A DNA stretch of 64,000 nt from Eledone cirrhosa (taxonomy: Eukaryota), in contig OZ024748.1 in assembly GCA_964016885.1 (NCBI GenBank), positions 3,720,001 to 3,784,000 on the forward strand, written 5' to 3'. Positions 1-14,100 of the stretch are shown in pieces. The notes below the pieces were generated by a model that saw nothing but the letters and a program-made list of their open reading frames with translations, did not search any database and was not told the origin of the DNA. Each line of letters starts with the position of its first letter. Positions within the stretch are counted from its first letter, which is position 1. Made by a program: the position numbers and the translations under genes.

Positions 1-311
1 CCCAGTTGGAGATGGTTGCTTTTGACGGCACCCGCTGGAAGGAGTGTAAGAAGAAAAAAAAAAAAAAAAAGCAGCAGCAGCTGTCAAGGGAAATAACTCG
101 CGCAAAAATTATTTTCATATTATCTTGTTTTGTTATATAACATTTACAGTTTTAGAGTTGATCCTTTTGATAACAAAAACCGCCCCTGGTTCCATGATAC
201 AAAAACTGTGTTTTCAAATTTTTGTATTTCTCAGAAAACCTTCCATTATAATTTTATGTAAGAACCTTTACTGCCACTAAAGGATGATGAATATATTAGT
301 ATTTTACCTAC

Positions 312-1381
312 CAGATCCTTGCGGAAGATCTGACCGGGAGTGAATTTCAAAGCCTCCGCCATATTTGGAAAGTAATTGTTCTTCGAGAGACATTGGAGAT
401 GTTAAACTAATAAGATTCACACAAAGGAAAGCTGCTTTAATAAGAGCCCCTGAAAAATCAAACAAACACACATAAAAAACATACATGAGAGTGTGTAGAT
501 CAAAGTGAGAGTCGTGTTTTGTAGGACATTGTTGTGGGGGTGGGGAGTTAAACAAGAATTCATTACTGAGACAAACATTACTAGTTCAAGTATAAATATT
601 TTCTGTCTGTAAACATTACCTTGTGAATGTGGATTAAAATAATCTTCCACCTGGTTTAACTCTTCAATGACCAGATGAACAGTGTCATAGACAATAACAA
701 TCTGTGGACTAAGTAACAAAAAGAAAAAGAATGAAATGAAAGCAAAGACAATAATCTATAAATTTACCATATAAGAGGTGTATATGGAGGTTTATAGATG
801 TTTATTTATAGTAAACATGAAAGCATATATAAGTCTCACTATGAACATTTTAAGCTGTTATCTCAATAATGTTTGTTAATGTTTACTAATAATTGTTTCT
901 ACTTTTGGCACAAGGCCAGCAATAACCCAGTGCATTACTGGTACTTTATTTTATCAACCCCGTAATTGTTTGCTAATAATGTTTATTAATAATGGGTGTA
1001 TAAAGCTGTAAGGTGGTTGGTGTGAGGAAGGGCATCCAGCCATAGGAAACCTGACCTGTCTCACCTTATATGTGACAACCTGTCTAACCCAAGCAAACAT
1101 GAAATATATATATATATACTTGCGACGCTAAACTCCGCCAGTTGCAGATTGCGCATCAACATGTGATATCTCTCTCCACAAAGTTTGATCACCAGCAGCA
1201 GAGTTCAAAGAGTAAAGATCAAGTCCAGTCCATGAATTGACATTGTCAAGCCATCATTTTGGCTGCCGGCCTCTGCTTCTCTTAACAGCCAACCTTCCTT
1301 CCAGACATAACCTACTCACACCATGATTTGATCTTTTTATATGACTATAGTTTGAGTACTCTTGACTTGACAATTGATGTA

Positions 1382-1414
<33 letters not shown>

Positions 1415-4400
1415 GAGCACTAGTCAAAAATATAAACCATTATTTTCTGAGTTAAAATTCTGTTGGGGATAATCTTGCTAGTTATTTTAGCAACCCTGGG
1501 TAGGTGAAAGTCAAGTACTGAGTTTGATTTAACTCAGTACTCCCTCCGCCACAGCATTTAAGGCTTTGTGCCTATGTTCGAAAAAAAATACAACACACAC
1601 ATAAAAAAAGACACTCAAAAATACAAACTCACATACATACACATACATTTCATTTCAAACTAAAACAAATGATTAAAATCCAAACAAAAGTTTTACCTTT
1701 GAATTCTTTTCGCCTTTACTTGAATTGGTTTCTATAGCAAATTGGGAATGAATAAACAGAAGAAATATAGAAAAAAATATTTCAAAAAGGCCATTAAACA
1801 GTTCTTAAACTTTTACTACATTATAGTTTTCTAACCTGGATATAGAACTAGAAATATCAGTAATAAGGTATCATCAATGTAGACTTCTGGTGTGCTTGGC
1901 CCACCTCCCGAGTCACCACTGTGGAGACATCTGGTGTCCTTGGCTCTAGGGCCACCTCTCTACTCACTACAATCAGCATGGAGTTGGCTACCCACAGGTG
2001 TGAGCCTTGTGAGCTGGAATGGCTCTTCCAATGCACCTTCCTTACCATTCTCTGGGAAAGCCTTTTCTATTCTGTTGACCAGGGTCAAGGAGTGGCCAGC
2101 ACGTGGGCTCCCATTTGCTCATGATGGAGAGATGGGGAGATGTGCCCAGTACACTCTGTAAAGTGGTTGTTGTTAGGAATGGGATTCAGCTGTAGAAACC
2201 CATGCCAAAAATGGATCGTACAAGCAAGATGTGGTTTCCTGACACTAACAATTCTACCAATGCACTCCAACCTTGGACAAGTAATTTATTTTGAATCCAA
2301 AAGGAATGAAGGACAAAGTTGACCATGGCCAGATTTGAACTCAGAGTGCAGAAAGCTGCAACAAATATCACATCTGAAGCTCTGATGACTCACTGCCATA
2401 AAAAAACATGAATATTTCATCTTCAGGGACAACAAAAGTAGTTTGTGATTAAATACAAATATTTTGGTCATCTTAAGAGCCCTTTGGTCATGACTGACTT
2501 TGGAAATTTCCTCGTCAAGCTACAAGCTCTTGTTTCGGAAGAGCAGCAGTCCCCCAAGTATGCAGGTCACCCTTCTCTAATGCCACTGATGTTGTCCAAA
2601 TGAAAGTATCATTGCAACTTCCATTTTTTTCTAGCTGAGTCGATTGGAGCAATGTTAAATAAAGTGTCTTGCTGAAGGATACAACATGCCACCCAACCTG
2701 GGAAACAAACTCATGACTTTACAATCATGAAATGAAAATTATTGTGTACAGTGCTCAGGTGCACTACAACTCAAAAAAGGTGCATGTATAGTACATAGAA
2801 TAATTGTTTCTACTTTTGGCACAAGGCCAGCAATTACCCAGTACATTACTGGTACTTTATTTTATCGACCCCGTAAGGATGAAAGGCAAAGTTATCCTTG
2901 GCGGGATTTGAACTCAGACCATAAAGGGACGTAACTATGCTAGAAAGCATGGCGTCCAACCCTCTACTGATACTGCCAATTCACAGCCTGTAGTACATAG
3001 TAAATAGAATAATGTAGAAATGTCAGGAAAGTGACTAACAACTAAGCCACACACTTTTTATTGTTAATACTATCAGCAAACATCATAGAAACAATATTTT
3101 TGGCCTTACACTTCCATTAACTTTGATAGAAACTCCAGTTACTGCTCCTCCACATTCATATGTAATAGGTGGTGTATCAGTCCAGCCACCACTGAGGTCA
3201 AGACGAGCTGGACACTCCACTTTGATCCACTTATTATATTCAGGCAAGTTCTGTTCATCTTTTACCTCTACAAACTGAAAATTAAAACAACAAAAATATA
3301 TTGTATTACAGAAAGAATACAACTTATTATTATATTTGTGTTTTGAGGTGTGAGTCAGTTTTAAAACAAATGTGATAATAATAGCTTCTGATTTAGGCAC
3401 AACAATTTTGGGGTGAGGGGAAAGTTTATTAAATTGACATGTTTGAACTCTTTTCTAACAGTTCATAACTTCAAAGCTAGATGGGGTTACTAGTTTATTG
3501 ATGTGACTTTTGTCAATCATTCAGATATGTGTTGTTAATAGACGTTTGTTTAAAAAAATAGTTGTTTTACTGAAAAAAAAATTGGCACAGCAACTGTAGC
3601 TGTGTAAAATATACACAGCAGTCAACACAGCAACTGTAGCTGTGTAAAATATACACAGCAGTCAACACAGCAACTGAAGCTGTGTAAAATATACAAGGCA
3701 GTCATCAGGTTAAAGCAACTGTAACTGTGTAAAATATACAAGGCAGTCAACAGGTTAAAGCAACTGTAACTGTGTAAAATATACACAGCAGTCAACAGGT
3801 TAAAGTAGTAGACACAACTTAACTACTAACTGGAGTACACTAAATGTATAATCCAGTCTATGTGGTGTGGTAAATATATATATACACCAGGTCCGAACAC
3901 AGTGTAAAGTGTCAACTGAGAAAATATCAAACTACAAGCAAATAATTACCTTTCTACCAGTCATGACTGCTTGCCGAATTAGAATTTGTGCAGCCCCTTC
4001 ATAGTGTCTGGAGGCTCGGATAAGTAAGTCAGGTCGGTGAAGCCATTTATTTCGCTCCTTTGCCAAAGATTTGACTCCAGTTGCAATCTGGTTCAGCTGT
4101 AGAGAAAAACATTACAAAAAACATTACCACCACCATCACCATCACATTATCCTCACCATCATTATCCCGATCATTACCACTATCACCATCATTATCATCA
4201 TCGCCACCACCACCCTCCCCTTTCTCATCAACATCATCATTTAATGCCCCTATTTCATGGGTTAGAAGGGCTGTCACACATGGGGGTTGACAAATCAGTT
4301 GACCATGTGTGTATGTGTTTGTTTAGGTGCCATAATTCACCAATTCAACAAATAGTGATTGAAAAAAAAAAAGTACCAGACTTTATAAAAAAAAAAAAAA

Positions 4401-7400
4401 AAAAAAAAAAAATAGGCACTAGGCCAGAGGATGGGGATGAATATAATCAACTAAATCCCTTGAAGGGAGTGCCCCAGCATGGCCACAGTCTAACGACAGA
4501 GAACTAAATATAAGAATATACAGATTGACTGATCCAAGAGGAAGACAATAAAACAAGAAAGGAAGCGTTATTAAACTTACCTCAAGGAAATGGAAAGCTT
4601 TATTCCAGGCTGAATTAGCTGCTGGGCCACTTCGCAGTCCTCCACAGCCTTTTGCCATAGAAGCTAATAAATCTGCAATGTTAGCCAGTGTACGAGCTGC
4701 AATCCCAGGAGTTTCTTGACAGCCCATAGCAACTGAAAATAAATAACAACAACTATATATATATGTGTGTGTGCGTCTATGTGAGTTTGTATGTGTAAGA
4801 TATAAAATTAAAATATGTCTTTCCTGACATTTGTACATTATTCTATGTACTATACATGCACCTTTGATGAGTTGTAGTGCACCTGAACACTGTACACAAT
4901 AATTTTCAGTATTATTTTCATTATAAATGGCCTTGTGCCTAAATCAGAAATCATTATCATTTTCATTATTATTTTATAGAAGCTACACTAATTCAAATAG
5001 GACATTAAATGTTAAAAACAAAGCTAAAGTTGTTGGAATGTTACTGAGGAGGTGTTTAATTAACAAACCCTTAATATTTCGGGATAAAATCCCTTCATCA
5101 AAATACGAGTTAAGGAAACTAAGTTGGAACAGGATAGTTTGTTATTTTTATATAAAAGCTTACCATCATCCAATGTCTTTAACATATTCAAAGAATATTC
5201 TTGTGATTCCAGTGTGACACTCTTGTAAATATACCTCAGACCATTATCTTCTCCATTTAATAGGCTCCTCTTTACATGCTGCTCATTAATTTCATAGAAC
5301 AATTTTCTAGAGAAAAAAAGAAATTCAGAAGGAACACTACATCTGATTCCTACTATACCCAGATTTTCTCTCAGTTCTTCAATATCCTATTGTTCTTACA
5401 GACTAACATTACTCTAATGCACTGGGTAATTGCTGGCCTTGTGCCTAAAGTAGAAACAATTACTCATAATAACTATATTTCAGAAATATTTCTTAACCCC
5501 TTAGCATTTACATTACTCTATACTTACTATTGTATTTTTGTGGTAAAGGCTTTATCTTACATTATCTCACATAATATGGAATCTATGAGATTTTGATGTT
5601 ATTTATTTTGAGAACAATACCTTAACGTCAGTATGAATGGCCAGTTATGGCTGGTTTGAACAGAAAGAGGTGAGAGAATTCTGGCCGGATATGGCTGATT
5701 TAAATGATAAAGGGTTAAGTAATGTCCTAAATATCATCTTTCTAATTAAATTCCTTCAAAAGTTTGGTTGTTTTCAAAATTAATTGAAACACATTGGTAA
5801 GAAAAGTGTTTAAGTCCAATAAAACACGCCAGAAATTACCTTCGGAGAGAGAATTCACTGCTGAGGTCGACTAATTTTAAAATCTCTGATAAAGATAGTC
5901 TCCATGATTCCCTCCATCTAAAAAAAACAAAACAAGGAAAAATAGATTATAAATAACAAGTGAATGTTAGAGTCATCATCATCATCACCACTACCCTCAC
6001 CACCACCACCATCATCGTCACCACTACCCTCACCACCACCGCAATCATCATCACCACTACCCTCACCACCACCACCGCAATCATCATCACCACCACCCTC
6101 ACCACCACCACCATCATCATCATCACCACTACCCTCACCACCACCGCAATCATCGTCACCACCACCCTCACCACCACCACCACCACCACCACCACCATCA
6201 TCATCATCACCACTACCCTCACCACCACCGCAATCATCGTCACCACTACCCTCACCACCACCACCATCATCATCACCACTACCCTCACCACCACCACCAT
6301 CATCATCACCACTACCCTCACCACCACCACCATCATCATCATCACCACTACCCTCACCACCACCGCAATCATCATCATCGTCACCACTACCCTCACCACC
6401 ACCGCAATCATCGTCACCACCACCACCATCACCACCACCACTACCCTCACCACCACCGCAATCATCGTCACCACTACCCTCACCACCACCGCAATCATCG
6501 TCACCACCACCACCATCATCATCACCACTACCCTCACCACCACCGCAATCATCGTCACCACCACCACCATCATCGTCACCACCACCGCAATCATCGTCAC
6601 CACCACCACCATCATCGTCACCACTACCCTCACCACCACCACCATCATCACCACCACCACCATCATCATCACCACTACCCTCACCACCACCACCATCATC
6701 ATCACCACTACCATCACCACCACCACCATCATCACCACCACCACCATCATCGTCACCACTACCCTCACCACCACCACCATCATCATCACCACTACCCTCA
6801 CCACCACCACCATCATCGTCACCACTACCCTCACCACCATCATCATCACCACTACCATCACCACCACCACCATCATCATCACCACTACCCTCACCACCAC
6901 CATCATCATCGTCACCACTACCCTCACCACCACCGCAATCATCATCACCACTACCCTCACCACCACCACCATCATCATCACCACTACCTTCACCACCACC
7001 ACCATCATCGTCGTCACCACTACCCTCACCACCACCACCATCATCGTCACCACCACCATCATCATCACCACTACCCTCACCACCACCACCATCATCATCA
7101 CCACTACCCTCACCACCACCGCAATCATCATCACCACTACCCTCACCACCACCACCATCATCGTCACCACTACCCTGTGTTGTCAGAAACTGGTCAGTAC
7201 TCCAGTGAAATCACTGACCTCAAGGCAGACCAAGGGCATACATCCTACTTCCAGACATTCCTCTATTCTCTCTGTTGCTGCCACATATCTTGCTGCATTC
7301 TATCGAACACATTTTATTGATTAAGATCAAAAACAAAGAAAAAATATATATCATCCACAAAAGTTTACTTCTTGGGAATTTCACCAGTTTCATCGGAGGT

Positions 7401-10400
7401 TACACCTGTCAACCACAGAATTTCCTTCATTCCGACATATTCTTTATGGTGAAAAATAGGGAACAGCTTTGCAGTCTTAAGAACTTTTTGAGAGGAATCC
7501 TATATAAAGAATAAAAAAAAATATCAGTGAAGAAGGTGAAGGAGGAGGAGAAGAAGGTGAAGAAGAAGAAGGAGGAGATCTTTTGTTGCATGACTGACTG
7601 TAAAAAATACATTAAATGACTTTACAGAGTGGGATGGGTGCATCTGACCATGGCACCAGCACTACCTCATTTCAACATTAGGGTACTCGTATCCTCAGCC
7701 ACACTGTTAAAGCAGTAGTAGATGTAGGGGAGTTTAGGGTGAGAAGGGAGGACCAGCTACATGCTGAGGGAGGTGGGGGAGATGATGGGGGGGGGGGTCA
7801 CCCTACCGTGGGAGAACAAGGGTCAGGGTCTTGGAGGTGGCCTTGAAGAGTAGGAGTTGAATTAGACCGTATATTGAATAAATCAAATAAAAGAATAAAA
7901 GATTTGGTTATTCACATGAGAAAAGTTCCAGAGTTCTTCTTCTCTAATTCCAGTTCTCTTGAGAAAATTTTTCCACTTTTGGTTACAGAATGTTGCATCT
8001 TCACCATTTAAAGGACCCTACAAAACAGGTGACTGTCGTAGAAAGAAATGTAACTGGGTACACACACACACACAAAGCATCGTATGTGGGTATATACATA
8101 TTCATAATAGATACACACAGATTAAGCAACGCAAGTAGGCACACACACAGACACAACATTTCACTGACATCCAACACGCTTCAACACAGTTTCCGTCTAC
8201 CAAACTCCACTGTCATCCAACAGGCTTCAACACAGTTTCTGTCTACCAAACTCCATGGACATCCAACAGGCTTCCACACAGTTTCCGTTTACCAAACTCC
8301 ACTGACATCCAATAGACTTTCATACAGTTTCTGTGTACCAAATTTCACTGACATGCTTCTACTTAAATTCATTACATTTCAAGAGATAATAAACTTACAT
8401 TTAATGAATCATTAAGTCCATGGACTGTTAAGATGTATTTACTAGTCTCCAGAGATTTTAAAAGAATGTTAAAACCTTGAAGAACTAAATTGTCAGCAAG
8501 CTTCACAGATTTACTTTTCTGAAATTATAAACAAAATATATATTATAAAGTTATTTACTTTAACATAGACAAAGTCAGAAAACAGCACAGCTCCCATAAC
8601 TTTCAGAAACATTTTTTCAAGTTGCTGAAGCATGGAACAAACTCCCTGCATCAGTTATTAGCTGCCGAGACACTGCATCCTTTAAAACCTCCATGCTTCC
8701 TGAGATTCGCCAACACTATACCTAATATTCCCCCTCCATACACACGCACACATGTATATCATGACTCATACACTATTCACTCCCTGACATTTGTATATTA
8801 TTCTATGTACTATACATGCACCTTTGATGAGTTGTAGTGCACCTGAGCACTGTACTCAATAATTTCATTATTATTATTATATAAAATAATTAAAACAGTC
8901 CTTCCTTGTAGTTTAAAAACATCATAAATCAACATTTTCTAATGTATGTATGTAAGAGATGTCAACCCCGCCCGTCCCTTCAATCTATCTTATTTCTCAT
9001 TCTTTCTTCTGCTGAAGGACTAGCATCCGAAACGTTAAGACCCTCTTCCTGCTATATCAAGCGTTAACCTAATATATTCCTTCCATATACTGTACCGATT
9101 GTGTTATTATTTCTGTTTACCTTTTACACATATATATATACATTAGAATTAGAAAATGCTGATATATATATATCATCATCATCATCGTTTAACGTTCATC
9201 TTCCACGCTAGCATGGGTAGGAAAGGTTGTCCCTTTGTGAGGGATCAGGTCAAGGGACCGTGACTCACTCACACACAACTGATTTTGGCTTGGTTTCTAC
9301 GGCTGAATGTCCTTCCTAACACCAACCACATTTACAGTGTGTGCTGGTTGCTTTTTGCCATGTCACCTACACGACCACTTTACACAGAGAGAGAAAGAGA
9401 GAGACAGAGGTAGAGAAAGAGAGAGACAGAGGTAGAGAAAGGAAGAGAGAGGGAAAGGAGGAGATACACAGATATATATATATTTATTTATTGATCCCTG
9501 CTCTATTCCAAACTCTCTAACAACTAAGTCACTAAGTCTACAACAATTCCTCATCTCTACAGAATTCTGTTGCAACAATAGAAATAGAAGATATGATAAA
9601 AACATCCAACTTACATTTGCTAGATCCAGGTGGAGGCCATTACAGATGGAATTATTTCCAATTCTTATATCACCATTCAAACAACAATTTATCATCACAG
9701 ACTTTTCTCCAACTATTGTCTTTTTATGAATGACACTGTTGATGACAGTGCTGCTTTCATTGACATCTGCTTCACACTGTAAAAATGATGACAATTGTAT
9801 TATATATAAATGATATATATATATATATATATATATATACCACAACATCCAGTCCGAAACAAATGAGGTCGTGTAGGTGTCACAACAAAAAAAACACACA
9901 GTCCACGTTGTAATGTGGCTGTGTAGGTAACACGGTAAAAACCTCCCAGTCCACACTGTAAACGTGGTTGGTGTTAGGAAGGGCATCCAGCCGTAGAAAA
10001 CCCGCCAGACAGTCCTATGCGAGCAAGACAAACACTCTTGCCTCAAGTGGGAAAACTCCCATCCAAACCCATGCAAGCGTGGAAGATGGACGTTAAATGA
10101 TGATGATGATGATGATGATGATATATATATCTATATATATAGTAATAATAATAAATTTGAAGACTAAAATGCAAAGAGGGTTTGATAAGGGTAAATATAT
10201 ATCAAATATATAAGAACCGTAGAGCAAATATTTATTAAAATAACATAAAAAGTTTAAGCAAAGAAGTGCTGCTTTCACCCTTAACGAGATCTTCAGAAGA
10301 TCCCGTTAAGGGTGAAAGCAGCGATTCTTTGCTTAAACTTTAATCTGTTATTTTAATAAATATATATATATATATATATCATATATATAATACGTATATA

Positions 10401-11022
10401 TATCTAGGGATTGTAACGTACAGTTACTGTAGGTTCACCATATATATATAAAAACTAGATGTGAAAGTCAACAGAGTAAAGTCAGCTTCCTTTATCATAT
10501 TCGCTGCTATATATATTTCAGTGATAGCCATTATTCAACAGCTATGATCTCATCAGGCAGTAAGAACTTGAACAGAAAAAACAGGAAAACAACGTTGAAT
10601 AGATTTTCCCTTGTTAATTCATTGATGTGTTCAGATCCAGAGTGTGGTGTTAGTCCTCTAAGGAACTTCTTGTTTTTACATTACTCCAGAGTAAACACCA
10701 ACCTGCGCACTTTGTTGAGTGCTCCAACCTGCATACTGAAGTGTCGGTAAACAACCAACATATACTCAAAATTATATATATACACATATATATATATAAG
10801 TAGTAAAGGGTGAAATTGGATTGCATTCACAGGCGGTATGTCAAGATGAGCATTCACTATCTGGAAGTGAGTCTACATGTTAGAACACATATCTGAGGAG
10901 CTTTCGATTCCAGAGTCAGGAACGAACACAATCAATCGTTCCTCGAGCTGATCGGCTGTGAAACATATGTAATATGTGAGTAAATATGTATATGATGCAA
11001 CACTGATTCTTTGTTCTCTCAT

Positions 11023-11071
<49 letters not shown>

Positions 11072-11072
11072 C

Positions 11073-11103
<31 letters not shown>

Positions 11104-14100
11104 CATATATACACACACATATATATATATGAAAAATTCGGGCCCCAAATTTTTCATACTACCCACTCTACTACCCCAAGTATTGAGCCTGGTGAGTAAT
11201 GATCTAACTGGTTTTTACCGCCGCCATTCTGATATATATATGATATAGTTGAACTTAAATATCGCAAAGCAATCTAGCCACCGATCAAATGACTGTCAAT
11301 TCGTTACCTCATGGGGGTACTACAAGGGCTAAAAATAACTTACATCAACAAAAGAATGGGTGAGCCTGTCCCAAGCTAAATTTTTGGATTGAGATTTCAG
11401 TGGGCAGTGAATGATCTGATTGAGGAAATCTTGAGCTGAATTGGTCAAGTAGATGAACTGGCCACCTTCGATGACACCTAAAATATATTCATAGAAAAAA
11501 TTAAATAAGTAAATTAAATATTTCAGAAAGAGTTATGTCATATATCATGACAAGTTGAGCTAATTAACCCTTCTATGACCATATGTCTAATTAAATAAAC
11601 ACTATTTCAATTAATTAATGAAAAACTTGAGGGATTTATTAAAATCATTAATTATTTCATTGTTAGGATAATAACTTAACATAGTTCTTATATAAAATTA
11701 TGAAGGAATATCTTAATTTAAATAGGAAACCTTAAAAATGGGTGGTTTTGTTTTGTAGAATTGGAGTTGGTTTTGGCTGAGTTGGAATCAAAAGAGTTAA
11801 AAGAAAGGAGCTGATCATCAGAACTGACAAAAAAAAACAATGTCTCCATTGGTCTTTCCATTGCTGATACAATCTGGTGGTCACAACTCCTGGCATTTAG
11901 GTTTGGTGGTTCACCACTTATAGCCTCTTGGAATGTGTTTACCATTATTCCTTTATTATATAACTATTATGCAATATGCATTTAATGATGTCACCAGGAT
12001 CCTACGTAACCTGGCCACTCAAATGAACATAGTGTTTTCAGAAATAAAAATTTGAAGGATCGCTCAGTTGGAATGAAAATAAATAAATAGAAGATACTCA
12101 CAAGCCTTTATTTTTAAACTATTTAGTTCATTCCATAAAATCTGACGAACTTCTTTACCGTTCTTTTGATCTCCGCTGCCATCCTCTTTCATTGGAAAGT
12201 CTTTAAAAGAATGGACTCGTTTCCCAGATATGAAATCAGATTCTGTTACTTTGGTTGCCATTGGAAGTAAGACATCAAAGAACAGAGACAACTGAAAATC
12301 AGGTAGAATAGATTTAGATTGGGTGTTTACCTGTAATTCTTTACTTGTCATTCAATCAAGTTTGTCACATTTCTAAAGATGGTTATACATGCCTTCCAGA
12401 GTGTCCTATCAGAAGCAAATTCACTAGGCCAGAGTCCTCAAACATGCCTTCCAAAGTGTCCTATCAGAAGCAAATGTCACTAGGCCAGAGCCCTCAAACA
12501 TGCCTTCCAAAGTGTCCTATCAGAAGCAAATGTCACTAGACCAACTGAATTCTAACATAATTAGATATGAGTTTTTTCATGAGTTTATTACCAATACCAT
12601 GTTGATAAAATAATTAATAATTTTAGTAAATCTCTCTAAATTTTTCATTAATTAATTGAAATACAGTGTATTTCATTAGAAATATGGTAACAAAAGTGTT
12701 GAACAATTTTGTCTTATAACGTAACCCTTTACCATTTACATTATTCTATAGTTACTGTTGTATTTTTGTGATAAAGGCTTTATCTTACATAAAATTTCCA
12801 TGTGTCTAACACACGTGGGCAAGCGAACAAAGTCAGAAACAGCACAGCTCCCATGACTTTCGGAAACATTTTTCCACGCTCAGAGTTGCTGAAGCATGGA
12901 ACAAACTACCTGCATCAGTTGTTAGCTGTTGGGACACTGCATCCTTTAAAACCTCCATGCTTCCTGAGATTCGCTAACACTACACCTGATGTCCCCCCCT
13001 CCATACACACACACACACGTATTTCATGACTCGTACACTGTTTATTTTCCTGACATTTGTACATTATTCTATGTACTACACATGCACCTTTGATGAGTTG
13101 TAGTGCACCTGAGCACTGTACACAATAATTTCATTATTATTATTTAAAATCGAAGCTAAAAGATTTTGATGTTATTTATTTTGAGAACAATATCTTATGA
13201 GTGGTTAGTTACGGTTGGTTTGAACAGGAAAAGGGTGAGAGATTTCTGGCCAGATATGGCCAGTTCCACATTATTTTTTATACATGTATTTTCCAAGTTT
13301 GTATGGGTTAGTAAATATGATAGTCTAATGATTCGATGTTTGTACCTGTTTAGGGGTTTGTCCACTATCAAGGCCAATATATGTGCAGCTGTCTAATGGA
13401 GGTTTCACATGAAATGAGAGAATTCTTTCTGCCACATGTTGCTTGAAATATACCAAACCAGTAACCTATAAGAAATAATAAAATAACTGTGGAATTAGTT
13501 TCATTTAATATATTATATATATGTGGTTGTGTGTGTAAAAAGTAAACAGATATAACAAAGCAAATGACACAGCACAATGAAGAAATATATTAGTTTAATG
13601 CTTGATATAGTAGGAAAAGAGTCTTAACGTTTTGGACACTAGTCCTTCATGAGAAGATAGAATGAGAAATAAAGATGAAATAAAAAGACAGAGTTGAGAA
13701 GATGAAGGAATAGAAACATTTTTTTAGAAAAAACATATATTCAGTCAGCCATTTTGGAGGAAAAAATATATATGTATGTATATATATATCATCATCAACG
13801 TTTAACGTCCGTGTTCCACGCTTGCATGGGTTTGGACGGGGGTTTTCCCACTTGAGGCAAGAGTGATTGTCTTGCTTGCATAGGACTGTCTGGCAGGTTT
13901 TCTACAGTTGGATGCCCTTCCTAACACCAACCACATTTACAGTGTGGGGCTGGGAGGTTTTTACCGTGTTGCCTACACGGCCACATTACAGCGTGGACTG
14001 TGTGTTTTTTTGTCGTGACACCTACACGATCTCATTTGTTTCGGCCTGGATGTTGTGGCACCAACATAACTTTACATAGAAGGGGGCGGTGTGGATGGGG

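Noticed and set aside
7218-7298. 81 nt exon-like segment on the minus strand (AG...GTCAGT)
   Set aside because: The host FCSK intron is phase 2. In that frame the segment contains a TAG, and it shows no fucokinase similarity.
5947-7324. 407-454 aa ORFs (extensin-like SPPPP, poly-T/I, poly-V/M)
   Set aside because: These are translations of a stop-free CAC/CAT minisatellite inside an FCSK intron. FCSK splices in phase across it.
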